A DNA stretch of 63,939 nt, from positions 4,900,062 through 4,964,000 of the forward strand of contig CM075998.1 of the NCBI GenBank assembly GCA_038087875.1. The letters are read 5' to 3'. Every line of letters begins with the position of its first letter. Position 1 is the stretch's first letter. Under the pieces are notes generated by a model. It did not search any database, was not told the DNA's origin, and was given only the letters and a program-made list of their open reading frames with translations. This document shows positions 12,796-26,317 of this stretch, in pieces. Origin of the DNA: Malacoraja senta (taxonomy: Eukaryota). The position numbers and the translations under genes are program-made.

Positions 12796-12944
12796 CCTTT
12801 CAAATAAATATGTGGACTTGCCCTTGAAGTAAACAGAGACATTCCAGCCCAGCTTCAGTACATAGAGGCCCAGCACAGTGGGGCTTAGTCAGAGTATTTC
12901 CACACCATGTTAGTCAGCACCCCTGGGGTGATTTTCCTCATAGC

Positions 12945-13510
12945 ACGCTGCTCCGTAGAAAGCATTTTATCGGGATGCATCGCAGCACGGTTTGGGAACA
13001 GCTCCATCCAACACCGCAAGAAATCGCAGAGAGTTGTGGACGCAGCCCGGACCGTCACACACAAACCAACCTCCCTTCCTTCCATCGACTCCATCTACAC
13101 CTCACGCTGCCTCGGCAAGGCCAGCAGCATCATCAAGGACCAGTCTCAACCCCCCCCCCCCCACCCCACCCGGCCACTCCCTCTTCTCCCCTCCCCCATC
13201 GGGCAAGAGGTACAGAAGTGTGAAAACAAACGCACACCTCCAGATTCAGGGACAGTTTCTTCCCGGCTGTTATCAGGCAACTGAACCAACTATAGAGCGG
13301 TCCTGAACTACTATCTACCTCATTGGTGACCCTCGGACTATCTTTGATCAGACGTTGCTGGCTTTACCTTGCACTAAACATTATCCCCTTATCATGTATC
13401 TGTACACTGTGGACGGATCGATTGTAATCAAGTATTGTATTTCCGCTGACTGGTTAGCACGCAACAAAAGCTTTTCACTGTACCTCGGTACCCGTGACGA
13501 TGAACTAAAA
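12945..13510 (+). mobile_element. Rex1/Babar-type LINE 3' fragment
   Basis: RCSVESILSGCIAARFGN..QRVVDAA peptide plus 3' tail. Confidence 0.8.
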
Positions 13511-16117
13511 CGGAATATTTGTGAGTTGCTGCTCGCTGCATAGTTGTGAGCTTCCGCTGCCCGCCAGCCCGCATGCTGCCACGCGCTATTTCCGCGCAAA
13601 TGGCCCCGCGGGCGACGCTGCCCTGGGCGCACGTCCAAGCCGCTAACTGCATCGAGCGTGCGCCTGGAGACGCTGCAAGCTGCAAGGCAGCGTGCCTTTG
13701 ACCGCAGTCAAATGCTCCAGTCTCTGGTGCCCTGTACTACATCATTGTCTCAGTTAGCCCGACAAACCTGTATTGGCTCGGGAACCTTGCACTGTGGCTT
13801 TTTGTTCTGCAAATCAAACTCTGCACCCTGTGTCTAGGTTTTCCTTTGTTAAAGTTCACCGTGCTATTTGTGAAAATCGCCAGCTCCACCAAGAGCTTTG
13901 GGGCAGGCTGGTGGTTGATTTAAGCCTCGAGGAACAAATTGCAGACATATATCTGGACACACTTTGTATCCGCGCTGTACTGCAGGGAAAGGCAAGTGCC
14001 TTCTGCCATCGCCTTTCGCGACATGGGCTCAGATTCATAACACCTTGCAGCGTTGAGCAGAAGTGCTGGAGGAACTCAGCAGGTCGGGCAGCATCTGTGG
14101 AGGGAGATGGACAGGTGACGTTGCGGGTCATCGAAACAGACAATAGGTGTAGGAGTAGGCCATTCGGCCTTTTGAGCCAGCACCGCCATTCAATGTGATC
14201 ATGGCTGATCATCCACAATCAGTACCCCGTTCCTGCCTTCTCCCCTCATCCCTTGATTCCGTTAGCCCTGAGAGCTAAATCTAACTCTCTCTTGAAAACA
14301 TCCAGTGAATCGGCCTCCACTGCCTTCTGTGGCAGAGAATTCCACAGATTCACAACTCTCTGGGTGAAATCATTTTTCCTCATCTCAGTTCTAAATGGCC
14401 GACCCCTCATTCTTAAACTGTGTGTGTGGCCCCTGGTTCTGGGCTCCAGAATGTTCGGGACGGGGCCCTTTCTCGAGAATGGAGTAGAGGGGAGGTAGCT
14501 GGGAGAACGAGGTGAGGGGAAGGGGTGGGGACAAGAGCTGGCAAGTGATGGGTGGATGCAGGGTGGTGGGGTTTAATTGGCAGATGAGGCGGGTGGGGGA
14601 GTGAAGGGTGGAGATAGTGACTGAGGCTGGAGGCGATGAGAGGAGATGAGGGGCCCAGATCGAGTGGATGTGGAGAGGATGTTTCCACTAGTGGGAGAGT
14701 CTAGGACCAGAGGGCACAGACTCAGGATTAAGGGACATTCCTTTAGGAAGGAGATGAGGAGGAATCTCTTTAGTCAGAGGGTGGTGAATCTGTGGAATTC
14801 TTTGCCACAGACGGCTGTGGAGGCCAAGTCAGTGGATATATTTAAGGCAGAGATAGATAGGTTCTTGATTAGTACGTGTGTCGGGGGGTTATGGGGAGTA
14901 GGCAGGAGAATGGGGTTTGGAGAGAGATAGATCAGCCATGATTGAATGACGGAGGAGGCTTGATGGGCCGAATGGCCTTATTCTACTCCTATTCCTTCTG
15001 ACCTGAATTGGCTTCTGTTACTTATCCCGAGTGTGTTGGTTAGAACTAGTGTGAACGGGTTGTCGCTGGTCGGCACGGACACGGTGGGAGGAAGGCCCAG
15101 TTTCCACGCTTTCAAAATAAACTCTCAATAAAATAAATATAATAATAAATATTATAAAAATAATAAAAAAATTAGAATACAATAAATGATATTGTGGACT
15201 TGATGGGCCGAATGGCCTAATTCTGCTCCTATCATGTACGACCTTATGACAAAAGGGTGTGAATGTTGGAATCCGCGAAGGGAGGGAGATAGGGAGTGAA
15301 ATGCAGAAGCAGGGGCAAGGATGGTGGGTGGAAGGTTAGCGGTGGGGAGATCGGAGACCTGGAGTGGGGAGGGGTGGGCAATGGGCAGGAGGAGGAGGTG
15401 GAGGGGGGGGAGAAAGGAGTTGCGAGACGGGGAGGAGGTGTGCGTGAGAGGACCGGAGGTAAAGGATGGCAGGGTTTCACCTGAAATGGAATGAATGAAT
15501 AAGTTTATTGGCCAAGTATTCACATACAAGGAATTTGCCTTGGTGCTCCGCCCACAAGTGCCCGCGGCGGAATGAACATGAAAATCGCAGCTTTTCATGG
15601 TCATACCGCTGGGGTGTGAGCTGCCCAAGCGGAACACGAGGTGTTGTTCCTCCAGTCTGCGTTGGCCCTTCATTCTAACAATGGAGGGAGGCCCAGGACA
15701 GAAAGGCCAGGGTGGGAATGGGATGGGGGAGAGAGTCAAAATGGCTGCCATCCGGGAGATCCAGCAGGTCTTGGCCGCACCGAGCGCAAGTGTTCGCCGA
15801 GTCGACCGAGTTTGGTCTCGCCGATGATTTCAATGTTCACTCCTCTGGCACTGTGACTCACATGACCGGATGGGCCGAATGGCCGAATTCTGCTCTTTTT
15901 TTACTTATGACCTTATTACGTTAAAGCTCGACACTCCTACTGATCGGAATGTGCAGTGTTGGATTTTTGCTCAGGTATTATACACACCTACAGAATGTCA
16001 AAGAGTCATTGATTTAAAGGGCGGGTTACTGTTTAAACTGTTACTGCAGTATCTTGCACGCTTTCTTAAACCTTTCTTAAACCAATTACGGCTGCATTCT
16101 ATGCCGACATCAGAAAC

Positions 16118-16599
16118 GTTTAAGAAAGAACTGCAGATGCTGGAAAAATCGAAGGTAGAATAAAAATGCTGGAGAAACTCGTTGTTTAAGAAGGAACTGC
16201 AGATGCTGGAAAATCGAAGGTAGACAAAAGTGCTGGAGAAACTCAGCGGGCCTCTCTGTCCTGGGCCTCCTCCATGGCCAGAGTGAGCGCCACCGGAAAT
16301 TGGAGGAGTAGCACCTCATATTCCGCTTGGGCAGTCTGCACCCTAGTGGCATAAACATTGACTTCTCCAATTTCCGGTAACCCTTGCTGTCTCCTCCCCC
16401 TCTCAGCTCTCCCTCAGCCCTCGGGCTCCTCCTCTTCCTTTTTCCTTTCTTCTCCCCACCCTACATCAGTCTGAAGAAGGGTTTCGGCCCGAAACGTTGC
16501 CTATTTCCTTCGCTCCATAGATGCTGCCTCACCCGCTGAGTTTATCCAGCACTTTTGTCTACCTTCGATTTTCCAGCAACTGCAGTTCCTTCTTAAACA
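16118..16599 (+). mobile_element. PLE 3' fragment preceded by inverted terminal-repeat pieces; hammerhead-like motif at 16471-16500
   Basis: ORF end HLIFRLGSLHPSGINIDFSNFR*; inverted ends gtttaagaa and ttcttaaac. Confidence 0.8.
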
Positions 16600-17092
16600 A
16601 ATGTCTTTTAAATACTGTTAAAGTACCTGCCTCAACTACCTCCCCTTGGGTTCCTATTAAATCTTTCCCCCCTCACCTTAAACCTATGTCCTCTGGTTCT
16701 TGATTCCCTTGGGTACAAGACTGCATCCACCCTATCCATTCCCCTCTTGATCTTGTGCACCTCTATAAGATCACCCCTCATCCATCTGCCAAGTCCCGGC
16801 CTGCTCAACCTCTCCCTATAGTTCAGGCCCTCGAGTCCTGGTGACATCCTCATGATTCTCCTCTGCTCCCTTTCCAGTTTGAAGTTCTTGAGCTTCCCAG
16901 CATGGAGACCAGCAGGTGGAATGAATGTTGGGGCGGCATGGTGGTGCAGCGGTAGAGTTGCTGCCTCACAGCACCGGAGACCCGGGTTGCATCCCGACCA
17001 TGGGCGCTGTCTGTACGGAATTTGTACTTTCTCCCCGTGACCCGCGTGGATTTTCTCCGGGAGCTCCGGTTTCCTCCCACACTCCAAAGACG

Positions 17093-17456
17093 TAGAAACA
17101 TAGAAACATAGAAAATAGGTGCAGGAGGAGCCCATTCGGCCTTTCGAGCCAGCACCGCCATTCATTGTGATCATGGCTGATCGTCCCCAATCAATAACCC
17201 GTGCCTGCCTTCTCCCCATATCCCTTGATTCCACTGGCCCCTAGAGCTCTATCTAACTCTCTCTTAAATCCATCCAGTGACTTGTCCTCCACTGCCCTCT
17301 GTGGCAGGGAATTCCACAGATTCACAACTCTCCGGGTGAAAAAGTTTTTTCTCACCTCAGTCTTAAATGGCCTCCCCTTTATTCTAAGACTGTGGCCCCT
17401 GGTTCTGGACTCGCCCAACATTGGGAACATTTTTCCCGCATCTAGCTTGTCCAGTC
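17093..17456 (-). mobile_element. CR1 3' fragment nested in a V-SINE (SINE halves at 16935-17092 and 17457-17605)
   Basis: ESRTRGHSLRI..FFTRRVVNLWNSLP; the SINE resumes colinearly after it. Confidence 0.85.
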
Positions 17457-17700
17457 CGGTTTGTAGGTTAATTGGCTTGGTATAGGTGTAAATTGTCCGT
17501 AGTGTGTGTAGGATAGTGTTAGTGTGCGGGATTCGCTGGTCGGCACGGCGTCGGAGGGCCGAATGGCCTGTTTCGCGCTGTGTCTATAAACTAAACTAAA
17601 CTGAACTAGCCCAAACAGGACCAGCTGCACTCTTCCAGCTACTGGGTAGTGTTGACACTGCAGGGGTGGATGTTGCAATTATGGGAGAGGCAGAGAAGAG

Positions 17701-18372
17701 AGTCAAGTCAAGTCAAGTCAATTTTATTTCTATAGCACATTTAAAAACAACTCTCGTTGACCAAAGTGCTTCACATCAGTGGAGGTACTAACATGCTACA
17801 TACAGTGGTGCATAGATCTAACAATACATACATAAATACATACATACAGCGCTCCCTCAGAGGACGTCAAGAAAGGCTTGAGAGTAAAGATGAGTTTTAA
17901 GTCTAGACTTAAAAGAGTTGATGGAGGGGGCAGTTCTGATGGGAAGGGGGTGCTGTTCCACAGTCTAGGGGCTGCAACCGCAAAGGCCCGGTCGCCCCTG
18001 AGCTTATGCCTAGACCGCAGGATGGTCAGTAACCCCAAGTCGGCCGATCTGAGGGACCTGGAGGTGGAGTGGTGGGTGAGCAGACTTTTGATGTAGGTGG
18101 GGGCAAGCCCATTGAGGGCTTTGTAGACATAGAGGAGGATCTTGAAATGTATACGGAACCGCACAGGGAGCCAGTGGAAAGAGGCCAGAATCGGGGTGAT
18201 GTGGTCCCTTTTTCGGGTGCCCGTCAGGAGTCTCGCTGCGGCGTTTTGGACCAGTTGCAGGTGGGACAGGGAAGATTGGCTGATGCCAGTGTAAAGGGAG
18301 TTGCAGTAATCGAGGCCGGAGGAGATAAATGTGTGGATGATCTTTTCGAGGTCGTCAAATCGGAGGAAAGAA
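17701..18372 (-). mobile_element. L2-clade LINE 3' fragment
   Basis: LDYCNSL..LQLVQNAAARLL..HITPIL..HWLPVRFRIHFKILL..RAFAVAAPRLWNS; (ttgac)n tail. Confidence 0.9.
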
Positions 18373-18604
18373 TCGGTGCTCCCAGAGGATCGGAGGGACA
18401 GGGATAAGTTAGTGAAGGACAGAACCCATTGTTATTTTTGCATGGAGGTCTCGGTGACCCACCAGGACGGCATCGAGGTGTTCATGCCAGGAAGTTGCCA
18501 TGGTGATCTCTGTAAGGATGAGTACAGTCTCGGAGGGTCTGTACTTTGGGGAAACCTGCAATGGCGGACAATCCCGTGACCTGCTCCCCTGCTTAGGTTT
18601 TACT

Positions 18605-18880
18605 TTTAGTTTAGTTTAGAGATACAACTTCGGCCCACCGAGTCCGCGCCGACCAGCGATCCCCGCACATCAACACGCACTAGGGACAATTTACACTTAT
18701 ACCAAGCCAGTTGACCTACAAACCTACACGTCTTTGGAGTGTGGGAGGGAACCGGAGCACCCGGAGAAAACCCACGGGGAGAGCGTGCAAACTCCGTACA
18801 GACAGCGCCCGTAGTCAGGATGGAACCCGGGTCTCCGGCGCTGTGAAGCAGCGACTCTACCGCTGCGTCACCGTGCTGCC
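18605..18880 (-). mobile_element. V-SINE copy
   Basis: Reverse complement of the consensus. Confidence 0.85.
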
Positions 18881-21014
18881 GCGTGGGGAGGAGGAAAAGT
18901 AGATGGGACCTCCTTGATGTAGTTAACAGAGATGTGGCAGAGATCAGCAGTATACTGGGGTGGTCCTGAGGCCAAGAAGCTGAGGTCCGGAGGCCAAAAA
19001 AATCCCGACCTTCGTGGAGCAAGCAGTCGAAGGCGCGCTTCAGCGATGCAGCGCGGAAATAGGCCGCCGCGCCACCGTGCCGCTCGCAGGAGGTCCTATG
19101 TAAAGTCACGGTCGAGTAGGTGGGTGTTTCTGATCTTGGTGGTGATGAAGGAAGGCTGTCGGCTCGTGATACAGCCTGCATTCCTAGGCCTGCTCCACCC
19201 GTCACTAAGGGCCCTCCCACGGCACCACGACATGCCCGGGGCCACGCGGCCGCGAGCGCCTTCTGTTTTACCCCAGCATTGCAGAACAGGCATTGAACCA
19301 CTCGTCGGGTCACCTGACAGAGGCATTGCAATGATCCAGCAGTGAGGTCCCGTGTAGGCATGCCAACCAGCCCGAAAATCAGGTTTTGATGTGGTTTTCG
19401 AAGAGGGTGTCATCAAGAGACCAACCCTTTTCTGAACTTCACAACGCCCTTCTTGCCGGCAGTTCCTGAGGGAATGTGTGACATGGAAAAATAGGTGCAG
19501 GAGTAGAGGCCATTCAGCCCTTCGAGCCAGCACCGCCATTCAATATGATCATGGCTGATCATCCCGAATCAGTAAACCGTTCCTGCTTTCATCCAGAATC
19601 AGTAAACCGTTCCAGAGGGAGAACAAGGAGGGAAGAGACAGAGACTTTAAGACTTTTGCCTCCATCACAGTGAGGAGGTGCCTGGTGAACTCACTGTGGT
19701 GGATGTTAATTTGTGTTTATTGTGTGTTTTGTTATTTATTATTATATGTATGACTGCAGGCAACAAAATTTCGTTCAGACCGAAAGGTCTGAATGACAAA
19801 TAAAGGAATCTCTCTCTCTAATCTCTTTCTCCCCATATCCCTTGATTCCGTTAGCCCTCAGAGCTAAATCTAACTCTCTCTTGTGTTCCATAAACTCAAG
19901 CGGAATTTGCTGCGAGATTGCAAGCGAGCTGCAGAGAGATAACTGGCGGAAAGATGTAGTTTTGTTCAGACCGGCTTCATTTAACAGGATTATCTCTTGA
20001 TCTTTCGATCTAAAGAATTAGATCGAGAGATATATTCACTGGAATTTAGAAGGATGAGAGGTGATCTTCTAGAAATATATAACATTCTTGAGGGATTGGA
20101 CAGGCTAGATGCAGGAAACATGTTCCCCGATGTTGGGGGATTCCAGAACCAGGGGTCACACACAGTTTAAGAATAAGGGGTCGGCCATTTAGGACTGAGA
20201 TGAGGAAAAACTTTTTCACCCAGAGAGTTGTGAATCTGTGGAATTCTCTGCCACAGAAGGCAGTGGAGGCCAGTTCACTGGATGTTTTCAAGAGAGAGTT
20301 AGATTTAGCTCTTAGGGCTAACGGAGTCAAGGGATATGGGGAGAAAGTAGGAACGGGGTAGTGATTTTGGATGATCAGCCATGATGATTTTGAATGGCGG
20401 TGCTAGCTCGAAGGGCCGAATGGCCTACTCCTGCACCTTTTTTCCATGTTTCTTCGTCTTTGGACCGCGATTGAGGGCAGAGGGGTATGGACATGTGGGC
20501 TTGGCGGGGGGGGGGGGAGGGGGGGCGGATGGAGAAGGGAATAGCTTGTGTTAAGTCATTGACACAGTTCAGCCATGGCAACTGCCAGCATTTGTACTGA
20601 AGTAAGTAAGTAAGTAAGTTTATTGGCCAAGTATTCACATACAAGGAATTTGCCTTGGTGCTCCGCCAAGGTTTGTCGCTCAAAGCCGAGCGTGACCTCA
20701 CTAATTGGCCCAGTGTTTATTTCCTTTGGTTTCTGGTTGAGAAGGCCGTTGATAAAAGGAGTCGAGTGCTATATATCGTCATGATCATAGGCTGTGGATA
20801 ACGGCTACTTTAGTGTCGGGCATTGTGTGGTGCTCGTTGGTGTCCACCAAATTGCCACAGCCCTCCTGAGGTAAAATCACCGTGCAGACTTCCCGACGCC
20901 TGGCGGTTGAAAGGAATCGAAGGATCACTGTGGGACGGAGAGAACTGCAAAGCTCCCTCAGGGTTGCTCGGAAGCTGCACAGCGAGGCGGCTGGCACAAA
21001 GGCAGCAGTTGAGC

Positions 21015-21725
21015 TTAGTTTGTTGTCACGTGTACCGAGGTACAGTGAAAAGCTATTGTTGCGTGCTAACTAGCCAGCGGAAAGACAATACATGATTACA
21101 ATCGAGCCATTTACAGTGTAAAGATACATGATAAGGGAATAACGTTTAGTGCAAGGTAAAGCCAGCAAAGTCCAATCAAGGATAGTCCGAGGGTCTCCAA
21201 TGAGGTAGATAGTAGTTCAGGACCGCTCTCTGGTTGTGGTAGGATGGTTCAGTTGCCTGATAACAGCCGGGAAGAAACTGTCCCTGAATCTGGAGGTGTG
21301 TGTGCGTTTTCACACTTCTGTACCTCTTGCCCGATGGGAGAGGGGAGAAGAGGGAGTGGCCGGGGGTGAGACTGGTCCTTGATGATGCTGCTGGCCTTGC
21401 CGAGGCAGCGTGAGGTGTAGATGGAGTCGATGGAAGGAAGGGAGGTTGGTTTGTGTGTGACGGTCTGGGCTGCTTCCACAATTCTCTGCTATCTCTTGCG
21501 CTCTTGGAGCTGTTCCCAAACCGTGCTGCGATGCATCCCGATAAAATGCTTTCTACGGCGCATCTGTAGAAGTTGGGGAGAGTTGTTGGGGACATGTCGA
21601 ACTTCCTAAGCCCTCTAAGGACGTAGAGGCGTGGGTGTGCTTTCTTGGTCGTTGCTTCAATATGAGTGGTCCAGGACAAGTTGTTGGTGATATTGACTCC
21701 TTGGAATTTTTCTTTTTCAACCATC
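21015..21725 (-). mobile_element. Rex1/Babar-type LINE 3' fragment
   Basis: ITNNLSWTTHI..KKAHPRLYVLRGLRKF..FYRCAVESILSGCI. Confidence 0.85.
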
Positions 21726-24700
21726 TCGACTTTGGGAACTGGCCATTCGGCAGTCTGGTGGCAGAGGGATAGAGAACGTTGTTGATCCAGCAGTGGGCTA
21801 GGATAAGGGTGATGGTGGAATGGTCATATCATTGGCCAGAATGACTATATTCAGCAACATGGCATGGAAACAGGCCCTTCGGCCCACTGAGTCCACGCCA
21901 ACCATCGATCACCTGTTCACACTAGTTCCATCATCTCTTTCTGTTTCCGCTTTCTCATCCACTCCCTACACACTAGGGGGCAATTTACAGAGGGCCAATT
22001 CACCTGCAAACCCGCACGGGCACGTCTTTGGGATGGGGGAGGAAACCGGAGCACCCGGAGGAAACCCACGCAGTCACAGGGAGAACATGCGAACTCCACA
22101 CACACAGACGGGATCGAACCCAGGTCTCTGGCGTTGTGAGGCAGCAACTCTACCATCGTATATGGGTGAGGGGGGCAGGGGGCGGTGGGGGGGGGGGGGG
22201 TTGCTAAAAGGTAGAGCAATGTCAGCGCACAGCTTGTGGCAGCTCTGGTATCTTAGGTTAAGGCTTATTATCGTCCCGTGTATGTAGTTACTGTGAAACA
22301 AAATATTTTTCAGGGGGGATCTTATAGAAACATATAAAATTATAAAAGGACTGGACAAGCTAAATACAGGAAACATGTTCCCAATGTTGGGCGAGTCCAG
22401 AACCAGGGGCCACACAGTCTTAGAATAAAGGGGAGGTCATTTAAGACTGAGGTGAGAAAAAACGTTTTCACCCAGAGAGTTGTGAATTTGTGGAATTCCC
22501 TGCCACAGAGGGCAGTGGAGGCCAAGTCACTGGATGGATTTAAGAGAGAGTTAGATAGAGCTCTAGGGGCTAGTGGAGTCATGGGATATGGGGAGAAAGC
22601 AGGCACGGGTTACTGATTGGGGATGATCAGCCATGATCACAATGAATGGCGGTGCTGGCTCGAAGTTCTATGTTTCTATGCTATCCAAACAGATCAGATA
22701 ATACTACACATGAATCCTATCAAGCCAAACTCAAGTACAACAGGTACCCGGGATGGCGGGACTGACATATGATGAAAGAATGGGTCGACTGGGCTTATAT
22801 TCACTGGAATTTTGAACGATGAGAGGGGATCTTGTAGAAACATATAAAATTCTCAAGGAATTGGACAGGCGGGATGCAGGAAAAATGTTCCCGACCCATT
22901 CTTTCATCATACGTCAGTCCCGCCATCCCGGGAATTAACCTGGTGAATCTACGCTGCACTCCCTCAATGGCAAGAATGTCCTTCCTCAAATTAGGAGACC
23001 AAAACTGCACACAATACTCCAGGTGTGGTCTCACCAGGGCCCTGTACAACTGCAGTAGGACCTCTGTGCTCCTAAACTCAAATCCTCTCGCAATGAAGGC
23101 CGGCATGCCATTGGCTTTCTTCACTGCCTGCTGTACCTGCATGCAGTGAATAATGTGAGACTGGCCTAAAAGAGGCTCCCTGGATACGCAGGGAATGGAG
23201 GGATATGGATCACGTGCAGGCAGAGGAGATTAGTTTAACTCGGCATCAAGTTCAGCATGGATGACCACGGGTGCTGTCTGTGCGGAGTTTGCACGTTCTC
23301 CCCGTGAACGCGTGGGTTTTCACCAAGATCTCCGGTTTCCTCCCACACTCCAAAGACGCACAGGTTTGTAGGTTAATTGGCTTGGTGTATGTGTAAATTG
23401 TCCCTAGTGTGTGTCGGGAAGATGGCGTTAGTGTGCGGGGATCGCTGGTCGGCGCGGACTCGGTGGGCCGGAAGGGCCTGTTTCCTCGCTGTGAAATTAA
23501 ACTAAAATAGACACGGTGGGCCGAAGGGCCTGTTTCCTCGCTGTATCATTAAACTAAAATGGACACGGTGGGCCGAAGGGCCTGTTCCTGTGCCGTGCTG
23601 TTCTATGTTGTATGTTAAGAAACACTGAGGGCATATATTTGAACAAGGGCTGTTCCCATCTAAAGTTCTTGATTCTCATCTCAGTCACTGAGTCTGATTC
23701 CAAACCCCGATATCATCACTGAAGTGATCTCCCTACATTTTACTGGGAGACTGAAAATCCCAGTGGAGAGAACTTGCTCGATGATGGAGCTTCTTGCTCA
23801 GTGGTCACCTCATCAGTGGGGGGCAGACTGCAGTGGGGGGGAGGCAGATACGCTAGTGGTGTTTAAAAGGCCCTTTGGTCAGGCACGTGGATATGCAGGG
23901 AATGGAGGGATATGGATCACGTGCAGGCAGAGGAGGTCAGTTCAACTTGACCCTACTGAGGAAGAAGGGTCTCGACCCGAAACATCACCCACTCCATCTC
24001 TCCGGAGTTACTCCAGCATTTTGTGTCTATCTTTGGTTTAAACCAGCACCTGCAGTTCCTTCCTACACTGGACTGCCCTATGTTCGATGTCCCATGTTAA
24101 AGGTCTGGCCATTTAGATCATAGAACATAGAACAGTACAGCACGGGAACAGGCCCTTCGGGCCCACAATGTCCGTGCTGAACAATGATGCCAAGACCAAG
24201 TCTTATCTCATTGCACATCCACAACCCTCCACTGGCCCGCACATCCATGTGCCCATCCAAACGCCTCTTAAATTAGTCGCCAGCAGAAGGTTGTGGCTTC
24301 AAGCCCCACTGCAATAACTATAACACAGGACTCCATGTTCATGAGTGATAGGAGCAGAATTAGGCCATTCGGCCCATCAAGTCTACTGCGCCTCCAAACC
24401 CCATTCTCCTGCCTTCTCCCCGTAACCCCTGACACCCGGGGTTCAATCAAGATGATCAGCACAGATGTCATGGGCCGAAGGGCCTGTTCCAGTGCGATAC
24501 TGTTCCACTTTCTCCGAAAGTAGGCGGCAGACTTCAATTTATTTTTCTAGTCGGTGGCTGAAGTCGCAGATGCCTGTTGTTCTGGATTCTAGGAACGAGA
24601 GTCAAGGTCGACGTCTCGCGTTTACACGTCCTGTGACTCAAGCGCAGGGCTGCTGCTCTCAGCTGGAGCCCTCGGGACGGCAGCGTAGTGCAGCCAGCTC

Positions 24701-24749
24701 TCAAAAGCACCTTCAACCTGCTCCCCCGGCCAGCTCCAGATGTTACACT

Positions 24750-25260
24750 TTACAGATACAGCGCGGAAACAGGCCCTTCAGCCCACCCAGACCGCCCCGA
24801 CCAGCGATCCCCGCACACCAACACTATCCTACACGCACGAGGGCCAACTTACAATGTACAGAAGCCAATTAACCTACAAACCTGTACGGCTGTGGAGTGT
24901 GGGAGGAAACCGGAGCGCCCGGAGAAAACCCACGCAGGTCACGGGGAGAGCGGTCACAGTGGCGCAGCGGTAGAGTTGCTGCCTCACTGCGCCGGAGACC
25001 CGGGTTCCATCGCTGTCTGCGCGGAGCTTGCACGTTCTCCCCGTGACCTGCGTGGGTTTTCTCCAGGTGCTCCGGTTTCCTCCCACACTCCAAAGACGTA
25101 CGGGCGTGTAGGTTAATCGGCCCTCTGTAAATTGCCCCCTAGTGTGTAGGGAGTGGATGAGAAAGTGGGATAACATGTGAACGCGTGATCGCTGGTCGGC
25201 ACGGACTCAGTGGGCCGAAGGGCCTGTTTCCGTGCCGTATCTCAAAACGAAAATTAAAAT
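24750..25260. mobile_element. Two V-SINEs in inverted (divergent) orientation
   Basis: - copy at 24750-24950 abuts a + copy at 24952-25260. Confidence 0.8.
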
Positions 25261-25616
25261 GTACTGCCACACTCACCAAAATCCAGAATTCATCAAGATA
25301 ATGTTCTTTGGCTATCATCTGATTACACTCCAATGATAGGAACCCGAGGGGTAACTTTTTCACACAGAAGATGGTGGGTGTATGGAACGAGCTGCCAGAA
25401 GAGGTAGTGAGGCTGGGACTATCACATTGAATGGCGGTGCAGGCTCGAGGGGCCAAATGGCCTACTCCTGCACCTATTGTCTAAAAGACACTTTGACAGG
25501 TACATGCACGGGAAAGGTATTGATGTAGATGGGCCCAACGCAGGCAAATGGGACTCGCTTAGTTAGGGCATCTTGGTCGGCTAAGGTGAGTTGGGCTGAA
25601 GAGCCTTTTTCTGTGC

Positions 25617-25928
25617 TTAGTTTCATTTAGTGTAGAGATACAGCGCGGAAACAGGCCCTTCGGCCCACCGAGTCCGCACCGACCAGCGATCCCCACACAC
25701 TAACACTATCCTACACACACCGGTACAATTTCCATTTATACCAAGCCAATTAACCTACAAACCAGTACGTCTTTGGAGTGTGGGGGGAAACCGGAGCACC
25801 CGGAGAAAACCCACGCAGGTCACGGGGAGAAGGTACAAATTCCGTACAGACAGCACCCGTGGTCGGGATGGAACCCGGGTCTCTGGCGCTGTGAGGCAGC
25901 AACTCTACCGCTGCGCCACCGTGCCGCC
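25617..25928 (-). mobile_element. V-SINE copy
   Basis: Reverse complement of the consensus. Confidence 0.88.
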
Positions 25929-26317
25929 CTCTTTTGTAAAAGGCGAAAAGGAAAGGCATTCTAAACGAGGGAGGTCAGCCGGGAAATAGTCTGGCGGATG
26001 GCCAATGGAGTGCGGGCAGTGTGTGCCCAGTGCGGGCAAGGGCGGGCACCACCCAGGCTGGTGCCCATTCACTGTCTGGGGTGGAGAAATGGGAGCAGGG
26101 GTTGGAGGGGGGGGGAGAAGGGGGTCTTTGTTGGTGGGGGAGGGCTTGCTGCTCTCAAAGGGGACTGTCCAGAGATGGCGGGCAGAGTGGGGAGCGTGTG
26201 GGAAAGCGATGCTGAAGCCGCCATCTTTATTAAGCGGGCGGGCTGGCACGAGGGGCCGAATGGTCCACTCCTGTTTCTGCTGTGCACAAGTTTAGGGTGT
26301 ATGAAGAGAATGGAGGG

